Source of the DNA: a virus
Taxonomy: Duplodnaviria; Caudoviricetes
DNA length: 59,029 nucleotides
Strand: one strand, 5' to 3'
Virus record (IMG/VR): IMGVR_UViG_3300021963_000146
Coordinates: 1-59,029 of that record
The notes under the pieces are model-generated. The model ran no database searches and had not been told where the DNA came from. It was given only the letters and a program-made list of their open reading frames with translations. A program made the position numbers and the translations under genes. This document shows positions 40,389 through 47,261 of this stretch, in pieces. Each line of letters opens with the position of its first letter. The first letter of the stretch is position 1.

Positions 40389-40886
40389 ATGTACGCATTA
40401 ATTTCAAATAATCAAATCACCGAGATAGGTGAATTACAAAAGTTGTTTCCTAATGAAATTCAACCAACTCATTTGTATGCTATTCAACATGGGGCTTTAC
40501 CCATTGTTGATGGTAACAGAGAAGATGAAAGATTTTATTGGGTTACATTCGACAAATATATCATAGAGGCTGACTCTGTTAAACGTAACTACGTTAATAC
40601 ACCAAAAGCTCTTGATGATGTCATTGAAGGTGAAAATACAACTAAAGGTTTAAAGTCACAATACACTACTCAATTTAAACACATAGCTAACTCACTGTTA
40701 GCAAGTACTGATTGGATGGTAATTCGAAAAGCAGAACGTAATGTAGCTATTCCAAATAATGTAGCAACAAAACGTTTAGCGATTCTTAATGAGTGTGACA
40801 GGCTTATTGCAGCAGTAAATTCTGCCCAAGATATGCCAACTTTTATTACAGCAGTTCAATCTGCAAACTGGGGAACAAATGAGTAA
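40389..40886 (+). CDS. Putative tail fibre assembly chaperone-like protein
   Basis: LLASTDWMVIR motif; located among fibre genes. Confidence 0.5.
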   Translation: MYALISNNQITEIGELQKLFPNEIQPTHLYAIQHGALPIVDGNREDERFYWVTFDKYIIEADSVKRNYVNTPKALDDVIEGENTTKGLKSQYTTQFKHIANSLLASTDWMVIRKAERNVAIPNNVATKRLAILNECDRLIAAVNSAQDMPTFITAVQSANWGTNE

Positions 40887-41763
40887 TCAATTAGGTGGTA
40901 TTATATCAGCCACCTATAATCCTCTTGCAGGATCTCCCTCCACTGTTGAATACCTTGTGGTTGCAGGTGGAGGTGGGGGTGGTGGTTATCGTGGAGGTGG
41001 TGGCGGTGCTGGTGGTTTGCTTACTGCTGCTTCTTTTTCTGTTTCTACAGGTTCTGCTTTAACTATAATTGTTGGTTCTGGTGGTGCAGGACAATTAAAT
41101 ACTGGTTATGGAACAAACGGCTCTAATTCAGTATTTAGCTCTATTACCGCAACAGGTGGTGGTGGCGGTTATGGCAATGGTGGTGGCGTTCCAAATGGCG
41201 CTGTAGGTTCAAATGGCGGTTCTGGAGGTGGTGGCGGTGGCAATGCCTCTAGTGCAAATTCTGGTTTTGCAGGTGGTACTGGTGTTTCTGGACAAGGCTA
41301 CGCTGGAGGCGGGTCATATTCCGACAATTCTAATTACACAGGTGCTGGTGGTGGTGGTGGCTCTGGTTCAATTGGAATTACTGCTTCTACTATGAAGTCA
41401 GGTAATGGTGGTACAGGCACTTGTTCAACAATTACTGGTCAACAAGTGTTTTACGCTGGTGGCGGTGGCGGTGGTGCTGATGGTGGTGCATCTGTTGGAT
41501 TGGGTTCTGCTGGCGGTGGTATGGGTTCTAATGCTACTCCGGGAAATGGCACTCCGGCATTAGCAAATAGCGGCTCTGGTGGCGGTGGAGGCGGCGGTTA
41601 TTCGTCAGGAAGTACAGGCGGCAACGGAGGCTCAGGAATCGTAATTATTCGTTATCCTGCTACAGCATCTCTTCCAGTAGCTATTACAGGCAATCCACAA
41701 ATCCGTTATGCAAACGGTTATCAGATATATATTTGGACCTCAAGTGGTTCAGTAACATTTTAA
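40879..41763 (+). CDS. Glycine-rich domain protein, paralog 6
   Basis: VEYLVVAGGGGG ... GGSGIVIIRYP ... SSGSVTF. Confidence 0.75.
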   Translation: MSNQLGGIISATYNPLAGSPSTVEYLVVAGGGGGGGYRGGGGGAGGLLTAASFSVSTGSALTIIVGSGGAGQLNTGYGTNGSNSVFSSITATGGGGGYGNGGGVPNGAVGSNGGSGGGGGGNASSANSGFAGGTGVSGQGYAGGGSYSDNSNYTGAGGGGGSGSIGITASTMKSGNGGTGTCSTITGQQVFYAGGGGGGADGGASVGLGSAGGGMGSNATPGNGTPALANSGSGGGGGGGYSSGSTGGNGGSGIVIIRYPATASLPVAITGNPQIRYANGYQIYIWTSSGSVTF

Positions 41764-41774
41764 GGAAATTAGAT

Positions 41775-42134
41775 ATGGCACATTATGCAAAAGTAACAGA
41801 TGGTAAAGTAACACAAGTAATCGTTGCTGAACCAGATTTTTTCGACACATTTGTAGACTCTAGTCCAGGTCAATGGATTCAAACAAGCTATAATACTCAT
41901 GGTGGTCAGCATCCTGAAGGACGACCATTGCGCAAGAACTATGCAGGAATCGGCTACACTTATGATGCACAACGAGATGCATTTATCCCTCCTAAGCCAT
42001 TCCCATCATGGACGCTTAGTGAAGAAACCTGCTTGTGGTCTGCACCAGTTGCAATGCCTACAGACGATAAGATGTATACATGGGATGAACCAACAACAGC
42101 ATGGGTTGAAGTAACACCACCTACAGGAGCTTAA
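41775..42134 (+). CDS. Phage hypothetical protein associated with glycine-rich fibre clusters
   Basis: MAHYAKV...WIQTSYNT...RKNYAGIGYTYD...AFIPPKPFPSW. Start re-called to ATG 41775 (AAGGA RBS). Confidence 0.65.
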   Translation: MAHYAKVTDGKVTQVIVAEPDFFDTFVDSSPGQWIQTSYNTHGGQHPEGRPLRKNYAGIGYTYDAQRDAFIPPKPFPSWTLSEETCLWSAPVAMPTDDKMYTWDEPTTAWVEVTPPTGA

Positions 42135-42135
42135 T

Positions 42136-43023
42136 ATGCCACAATACTCAGGCATTTGGACGTTAAGTCAGGCAAGCCAAGCTATCAAAGATAACAATTG
42201 GACTGGAATTCCTCCACAGAATGTCGAGTATTTAGTTGTAGCTGGAGGTGGTTCTGGTGGAGGTGCTCCATCTACAGGTTCTAATGGCGCTGGAGGAGGT
42301 GGCGCAGGCGGCTTGCTTGCTGGATTCTCTGGCATTACTGCTGGATCATCAATCACAGTAACTGTAGGCGCTGGTGGAACAGGTACAACCACAGTCGGTG
42401 CAAACGGAAATAACTCTGTATTTGGAAGCATTACCGCAACTGGCGGTGGTAAAGGGGGTTATTCCAATAGTACTGATAGTGGAGTAGGTAGTTCTGGCGG
42501 CTCGGGAGGTGGTGGTTCTTCATACACTTCTAATGGCGCTGGAGGATCAGGAACATCTGGTCAAGGTAATGCAGGTGGAACAGGTAGTTCTACTGGTAGC
42601 GCATACGGTGGGGCTGGTGGAGGTGGTGCAGGGACTATTGGACTAAATGGTTCTGGCAGTAACGCTGGAAATGGCGGTGCTGGAGTTGCATCTTCTATAT
42701 CTGGAGCAGTAACTACTTACGCTGGTGGTGGTGGTGGTGGCTCCTATATAAGTCCCGGTAATACTGGCGCAGGTGGTGTTGGTGGAGGTGGCGCAGGAAA
42801 TCACAACGCTAATGGAACTTCTGGAACAGCCAATACAGGCGGTGGTGGTGGTGGCGTTGGTTTAGGCGCATATAGCGGTGGTAACGGCGGTTCAGGCATT
42901 GTTATTATCCGCTACCCAGACACATTCTCTCCAGCAGTCTCAACCACAGGCTCTCCAACAATAACAACAACAGGTGGCTTCAGGATTTACAAGTGGACTT
43001 CCTCAGGGTCTATAACATTTTAA
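42136..43023 (+). CDS. Glycine-rich domain protein, paralog 7
   Basis: VEYLVVAGGG ... GGSGIVIIRYP ... SSGSITF. Confidence 0.75.
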   Translation: MPQYSGIWTLSQASQAIKDNNWTGIPPQNVEYLVVAGGGSGGGAPSTGSNGAGGGGAGGLLAGFSGITAGSSITVTVGAGGTGTTTVGANGNNSVFGSITATGGGKGGYSNSTDSGVGSSGGSGGGGSSYTSNGAGGSGTSGQGNAGGTGSSTGSAYGGAGGGGAGTIGLNGSGSNAGNGGAGVASSISGAVTTYAGGGGGGSYISPGNTGAGGVGGGGAGNHNANGTSGTANTGGGGGGVGLGAYSGGNGGSGIVIIRYPDTFSPAVSTTGSPTITTTGGFRIYKWTSSGSITF

Positions 43024-43032
43024 GGAACGAAT

Positions 43033-44562
43033 ATGGGATTTTCAAGAAATCTTTCTAAGCTAGCGGATGATGTAGATTCAACAGGAAAGCTATTACCTAC
43101 TGCTGGTGGGTTACCAACTCAAACAAGTCAATCAGGTAAATTTTTAACAACAGATGGCACAAGCCCTACATGGTCTACTGTTGATAGTTTACCCTCACAA
43201 ACTAGTAACTCAGGTAAGTATCTGACAACTAATGGTAGTGCGGCATCTTGGGGTACTATTAGTAATCTCAGTATTAGTGGCATTGTATATCCAGGAGATG
43301 ATACAGCAGCAAACCCTAGTGGTGGTCAAACACTAAACATGACAGGAACAGGTTTCCAAGGTACTCCAACTGTATATGTAGGTGGTACATTAGCTTCCTC
43401 TGTAAGTTTTATTAGTTCTGGTTTATTGACATTTACAGCTCCAGCTAAAACTGCAGGAACTTATGATATCTATGTTGTAAACCCTGGTGGTGCAACTGCA
43501 ATTAGTGTACTTGGAATAAGCTATTCAGGGGTTCCTACTTGGTCAACTGCTGCTGGTAGTCTTGGTACTGCCAATGTTTCCACTAGTTTTAGTACTACCT
43601 TAAGTGCAAGTAGTAATAGCACTGTTACATATTCAATAGTAAGTGGCGCATTGCCAAATGGATTAAGTTTAAATAGTAGTACAGGAGTTATTTCTGGTAC
43701 TACGCCTAGTCCTGATAATACTACTACGTATAGTTTTACTGTTAGAGCTACAGATGCAGAAAATCAGGATACGGATAGAAGTTTTAGTATAGAGATATTT
43801 GTAAATAGTTTTGGCACGTACACGACTACAGATTTGTTTATGCATTATGATTTTTCCAATACTACATCTTATAGTGGTTCTGGATCAACAATAACAGACT
43901 TACAAGGTACTCGAAATGGTACAGTTACTGGAGCAACTTTTGGTGGCACAGGAACAGCTAAATATTTTGATTTTGAAGCGGATAGTATCAACTACATAGC
44001 TTTTGGTTCAACGATACCAAGTGGACAATCTACAAGTGCTTTATCTATGGAGGCATGGATCTTTACAGAGAGTTTAGCTGGTACATATGTCGGTGAAGGT
44101 ATTGGAGCCGTATGGTCTTCTCAAAATGATAGTGGACAATCTGGAGCTAGTATAAACACTGATACTCGTAGCGCACACGGTGGCGGACCTAATGGATGGC
44201 ATCCACAAATTGGCGGAGTAAATGCAAGTTTTGCAACCAATTCGATAAATACTAATACACCTAGCGGAACTGCTAGTGTAAGTAATCGTTGGGATCACGT
44301 TGTAATGGTTTGGAGTAATGGAACTTCAATCGATGTTTATAAAAATGGCACCAACATAAGTACTAATACTACTGGTTGGTCAGCAACAATTAACTGGTCA
44401 AATACGTGGTGGGCGCTTGGAGCGCAACAATCCAATACTGCATCAGGTTCTAGACGTGCTTATGATGGTAAAATTGCTATTGCAAGAATATATAATCGTA
44501 GATTAACTTCCACAGAAATATTAGCTAACTACAACGGTCAAAAGTCAAGGTTTGGTTTATAA
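43033..44562 (+). CDS. Adhesin-like protein (IPT/TIG, Ig-like and LamG/concanavalin-like domains)
   Basis: GGQTL.MTGTGF...YDIYVVNP (TIG), GALPNGLSLNSSTGVISGT (Ig-like), and GKIAIARIYNRRLTSTEI..NYN (LamG). Confidence 0.7.
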   Translation: MGFSRNLSKLADDVDSTGKLLPTAGGLPTQTSQSGKFLTTDGTSPTWSTVDSLPSQTSNSGKYLTTNGSAASWGTISNLSISGIVYPGDDTAANPSGGQTLNMTGTGFQGTPTVYVGGTLASSVSFISSGLLTFTAPAKTAGTYDIYVVNPGGATAISVLGISYSGVPTWSTAAGSLGTANVSTSFSTTLSASSNSTVTYSIVSGALPNGLSLNSSTGVISGTTPSPDNTTTYSFTVRATDAENQDTDRSFSIEIFVNSFGTYTTTDLFMHYDFSNTTSYSGSGSTITDLQGTRNGTVTGATFGGTGTAKYFDFEADSINYIAFGSTIPSGQSTSALSMEAWIFTESLAGTYVGEGIGAVWSSQNDSGQSGASINTDTRSAHGGGPNGWHPQIGGVNASFATNSINTNTPSGTASVSNRWDHVVMVWSNGTSIDVYKNGTNISTNTTGWSATINWSNTWWALGAQQSNTASGSRRAYDGKIAIARIYNRRLTSTEILANYNGQKSRFGL

Positions 44563-44573
44563 TAGTAATAAAT

Positions 44574-44603
44574 GGTCACCCTGTAAAAAGGGTGGCCTTT
44601 TTT
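44574..44603 (+). terminator. Intrinsic terminator ending the structural operon
   Basis: GGTCACCCT-GTAAAA-AGGGTGGCC followed by TTTTTT. Confidence 0.85.
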
Positions 44604-44608
44604 ATCAA

Positions 44609-44681
44609 AAAAGTGAGAAAAATGACGTATCTATAATGAAGAAATATCATTTAGATAGAGTACTCAAAATTAAATAAACTC
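44609..44681 (+). repeat. Direct repeat copy 1; putative class A (early) promoter
   Basis: The 41 nt AAAAGTGAGAAAAATGACGTATCTATAATGAAGAAATATCA are identical to 44878-44918, followed by a shared AGATAGAGTACTCAAA. Confidence 0.8.
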
Positions 44682-44697
44682 TTTAAAAGGTAATATC

Positions 44698-44922
44698 ATG
44701 AGCTATGAAATTGATGTTTTGTTTAACAAAGTATTCGATTCTGAGAAAATGAGAAACTTCGGACATGTGCCACACGAAAGTTTAACCCCACAAGCAGTAC
44801 ACCGCATTACTCGCTCTATGGGTGAATATAAATCTTTTGATGATGTCTGGGCTGAAACATTTGCAAAAAGTTACTTTAAAAGTGAGAAAAATGACGTATC
44901 TATAATGAAGAAATATCAATAA
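44698..44922 (+). CDS. Hypothetical early protein
   Basis: 74 aa with an AAAGGT RBS; its 3' end is encoded by repeat copy 2. Confidence 0.65.
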   Translation: MSYEIDVLFNKVFDSEKMRNFGHVPHESLTPQAVHRITRSMGEYKSFDDVWAETFAKSYFKSEKNDVSIMKKYQ

Positions 44923-44948
44923 AGATAGAGTACTCAAATTAATAACTC
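44878..44948 (+). repeat. Direct repeat copy 2; putative class A (early) promoter
   Basis: Matches copy 1 and is followed by an AAGGAG RBS and ATG 44961. Confidence 0.8.
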
Positions 44949-44960
44949 AAGGAGAGTAAA

Positions 44961-45245
44961 ATGAAAAAGATAGTATTTGCAACAGCGTTAGTATTGCTTT
45001 CTAGCTCAGTGTTTGCTAATAGACCTTTAATGGTTGAAATGGTTAATGCAGAGAGCTATGTTGATAATCTTATAAAGGATGATGTGATTAAAGCCAAAGA
45101 TAGAGCATATTATGTATGTCAAGCTAAAGCTTTACTAAAGGCTGGAGATGATCTTGTAAAAGAGATTGACAATAGTCCTAATCCGCTTAAAACTGTTAAA
45201 CCAATGGATCCTGAAAAAATCATGAAACATTGTAAACACAACTGA
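44961..45245 (+). CDS. Hypothetical secreted protein
   Basis: Sec-type signal peptide MKKIVFATALVLLSSSVFA. Confidence 0.7.
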   Translation: MKKIVFATALVLLSSSVFANRPLMVEMVNAESYVDNLIKDDVIKAKDRAYYVCQAKALLKAGDDLVKEIDNSPNPLKTVKPMDPEKIMKHCKHN

Positions 45246-45287
45246 TGAGTCTTTATTAGACGAAACCGCTGAGAAGCGGTCTTGTGT
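45236..45287 (+). ncRNA. Type I hammerhead ribozyme
   Basis: Stem I ACACAA/TTGTGT, core CTGATGA, stem II GTCT/AGAC, GAAA, stem III CCGCT/AGCGG with a GAGA tetraloop, and a GTC cleavage triplet at 45279-45281. Confidence 0.92.
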
Positions 45288-45313
45288 ATTTCCCTTTAAC
45301 TATGGAGTTTAAA

Positions 45314-45724
45314 ATGAAAAAGTTCTTTATTGTGTTGACTTTGTGTGTAGCAAGCGTTTCTTCTTTTGCAGAGGAAGCCTTCTGTAAGCCAAAGGAGACC
45401 TTGAAGGTTGGTACTTATGGTGCTTTAGCAGGTGCTGCTGCAGCCTTGTTAATCCCTGGAGCTGGTCCTGTTCTTGCTACAAGTATTGTTACAGGTACTT
45501 TGGCAACTACAACAAATGTAGCAGTATGTGCATTTGATGAGAAAGATCGTAAGGATAAGTTAGCCTTGTTCAACGAAGCTAACAAACCTACAGCCTTTGA
45601 AAAAGCTGTTGTTACACCAGTAGAAGATCGTAGCATTAAGGATAAAGCAGTAATTGGCTTAACTTTAGGTTACGCAAAAGCTCACGAAGGTGTTTCTAAA
45701 GTGTACGATAACCTTACTAAATAA
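45314..45724 (+). CDS. Hypothetical secreted/membrane protein with a glycine-zipper-like segment
   Basis: Signal peptide MKKFFIVLTLCVASVSSFA and GALAGAAAALLIPGAG. Start re-called to ATG 45314 (GGAG RBS). Confidence 0.7.
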   Translation: MKKFFIVLTLCVASVSSFAEEAFCKPKETLKVGTYGALAGAAAALLIPGAGPVLATSIVTGTLATTTNVAVCAFDEKDRKDKLALFNEANKPTAFEKAVVTPVEDRSIKDKAVIGLTLGYAKAHEGVSKVYDNLTK

Positions 45725-45732
45725 GAGGATAT

Positions 45733-45828
45733 ATGTTAGAAGAAATTCTTAGCATTGGTTTAGCGGCTATAATTGCAGTAGCTTTGGTAGTTGCGTTGGT
45801 CAATAGCATTACCCTTTTAATTCAATAA
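45733..45828 (+). CDS. 31-aa single-pass membrane peptide (not in the ORF track)
   Basis: GAGG RBS; MLEEILSIGLAAIIAVALVVALVNSITLLIQ. Confidence 0.6.
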   Translation: MLEEILSIGLAAIIAVALVVALVNSITLLIQ

Positions 45829-45837
45829 GGTTTTAAA

Positions 45838-45948
45838 ATGAGAAAGTTTTTTGAATCAGAAACATTTATAAACATTGTAACTGCTATTGCTATTGGTTTA
45901 GGCCTTTGTGCATTAGTGTTACATGGTCTTGATGCTTTAGTTCAATAA
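45838..45948 (+). CDS. 36-aa single-pass membrane peptide (not in the ORF track)
   Basis: TAAGG RBS; MRKFFESETFINIVTAIAIGLGLCALVLHGLDALVQ. Confidence 0.6.
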   Translation: MRKFFESETFINIVTAIAIGLGLCALVLHGLDALVQ

Positions 45949-45957
45949 GGATTTAAA

Positions 45958-46071
45958 ATGATTTATTTTGTATATAACAAAGCCACTGGTAGTTTAATTA
46001 CAACCGTTGCATACATAGAAGACTTAAAACAGTTTAATCCTGAACTTGTAAGTGTAGTAACTTACATGTAA
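45958..46071 (+). CDS. 37-aa small protein (not in the ORF track)
   Basis: TAAGGA RBS; MIYFVYNKATGSLITTVAYIEDLKQFNPELVSVVTYM. Confidence 0.6.
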   Translation: MIYFVYNKATGSLITTVAYIEDLKQFNPELVSVVTYM

Positions 46072-46074
46072 TCC

Positions 46075-46150
46075 TTCTCGGATAGAGAGACCCTCTAGGG
46101 TATGTACTAGACTTTCTCAGCAGAGAGACCTCTTGGGGTAAGTACCAAGT
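46075..46150 (+). ncRNA. Tandem pair of hairpin plus H-type pseudoknot units (unknown structured element)
   Basis: Two units of about 38 nt. Each has a TCTC/GAGA hairpin and an ACC/GGT stem. The second stem is TCTAG/CTAGA in one copy and CTTGG/CCAAG in the other. Confidence 0.6.
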
Positions 46151-46172
46151 TCTTTTAATTTTGGAGTTTAAA

Positions 46173-46418
46173 ATGAGTAAATTTCTTTTGTTAAATCCGT
46201 TGTATGGCGATAACTTTGGTTGTACAGCACAAGAGATAATTGAATCACTAGAAGAATTTGGTCTTACCTACATATTCTCAAATGACACTAAAGGAATACC
46301 AGCAATTTATGCTACAAGTACTTCTAAAGAGTTGATTGAGAGAATGTGCACTGAAGTTGAGCTTGATGGTTCTATCATCGAGTTTACTTCAATCTATGAT
46401 CAAGTGATCGAGGATTAA
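46173..46418 (+). CDS. Hypothetical acidic protein
   Basis: GGAG RBS; start re-called to ATG 46173. Confidence 0.65.
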   Translation: MSKFLLLNPLYGDNFGCTAQEIIESLEEFGLTYIFSNDTKGIPAIYATSTSKELIERMCTEVELDGSIIEFTSIYDQVIED

Positions 46419-46420
46419 TT

Positions 46421-46675
46421 ATGTCTATATTAACTTTAAAGGCGGGTGACTATACTATTGAAGCAATTCAAGATGGTCCCTTTGATTCAGTTAGAGTTAC
46501 TGTCTATGATGATTATCTTCAGACTATAGTTCATCCTTCTTTGTATGATGTTAATTCAGCATACATGGTTGGGGAAACTGTAGCCTCAGTTATTACAGAG
46601 TCTGCGGAAGATTTCCGTAGAATCTTTAAGGCTGTAGAAGATTTAATGCTTGTAGATAAAAAGTTAGGAGTTTAA
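46421..46675 (+). CDS. Hypothetical protein
   Basis: GAGGA RBS; tightly packed with neighbours. Confidence 0.65.
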   Translation: MSILTLKAGDYTIEAIQDGPFDSVRVTVYDDYLQTIVHPSLYDVNSAYMVGETVASVITESAEDFRRIFKAVEDLMLVDKKLGV

Positions 46676-46676
46676 G

Positions 46677-46922
46677 ATGTGTAAAAAATGTCTTTTTAAT
46701 CCATCACCTGTTAATATTTCTGATGAAGAAGGTTATGTGTACCAAGTAGGAAAGGAGATCTACAACTATGTTCGTGCTCGTCATGAACCTCATAGTTTAG
46801 ACTTCTTTAATGCTGTTGGTCAAGAACTGGATCTTTGGAAAGTTAATCCATTAGCAAATTTAAATCAACGATTTAAGAGAATTGGTCATGTCAACACAAT
46901 CAGGAACAGTAAACAAGTCTAA
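46677..46922 (+). CDS. Hypothetical protein
   Basis: AGGAG RBS; N-terminal CxxC. Confidence 0.6.
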   Translation: MCKKCLFNPSPVNISDEEGYVYQVGKEIYNYVRARHEPHSLDFFNAVGQELDLWKVNPLANLNQRFKRIGHVNTIRNSKQV

Positions 46923-47085
46923 GAAATATAACACTTTTCAAATTTTATTTGTTGAGTGGTTTTTGTACTTTGTTATACTAGTATTATTAGATGGTGGTCA
47001 CAACAGTATTGAAGATTCCGCAGGGGGTGCTTTAATGTTGTTGTCTATTATCAGAATTTTTCTATTCTTCAAGAAGACAAAATAA
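46888..47085 (+). CDS. Hypothetical two-pass membrane protein
   Basis: Two hydrophobic segments. Confidence 0.55.
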   Translation: MSTQSGTVNKSKKYNTFQILFVEWFLYFVILVLLDGGHNSIEDSAGGALMLLSIIRIFLFFKKTK

Positions 47086-47089
47086 TACG

Positions 47090-47122
47090 ACTCCCTGCCA
47101 GCGGGAGTATAATCTAGCTGGC
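47090..47122 (+). promoter_or_regulatory. H-type pseudoknot upstream of the RNAP2 operon
   Basis: Stem 1 ACTCCC/GGGAGT, 1-nt loop, stem 2 GCCAGC/GCTGGC, 8-nt loop. Followed by TTTTCTT and an (AAT)n run. Confidence 0.7.
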
Positions 47123-47159
47123 TTTTCTTATCAAAAATAATAATAATAATAAGGACTCT

Positions 47160-47258
47160 ATGAACGTTTGGAAAGCATGCCTAATTGTAGGTTTGGTTTA
47201 TTTAGCAAGAAAAGTTGTAAACCATATGGAGGAAGCTGAAATAGAAATGAAGGAATAA
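47160..47258 (+). CDS. 32-aa peptide (not in the ORF track)
   Basis: AAGGA RBS; MNVWKACLIVGLVYLARKVVNHMEEAEIEMKE. Confidence 0.55.
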   Translation: MNVWKACLIVGLVYLARKVVNHMEEAEIEMKE

Positions 47259-47261
47259 TAG

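Noticed and set aside
31795-44562. Diversity-generating retroelement behind the adhesin paralogs
   Set aside because: No reverse transcriptase is present and I saw no template/variable repeat pair differing only at adenines.
44609-46150. Direct repeats considered as a CRISPR or mini-CRISPR array
   Set aside because: There are only two copies of each, the spacing is 269 nt, 120 nt or nearly zero rather than spacer-sized, and no cas genes are present.
47083-47101. TAATACGACTC, identical to the first 11 nt of the T7 promoter
   Set aside because: It continues CCTGCCAG rather than ACTATAG, I saw it only once, and it is explained by a stop codon plus pseudoknot stem 1.
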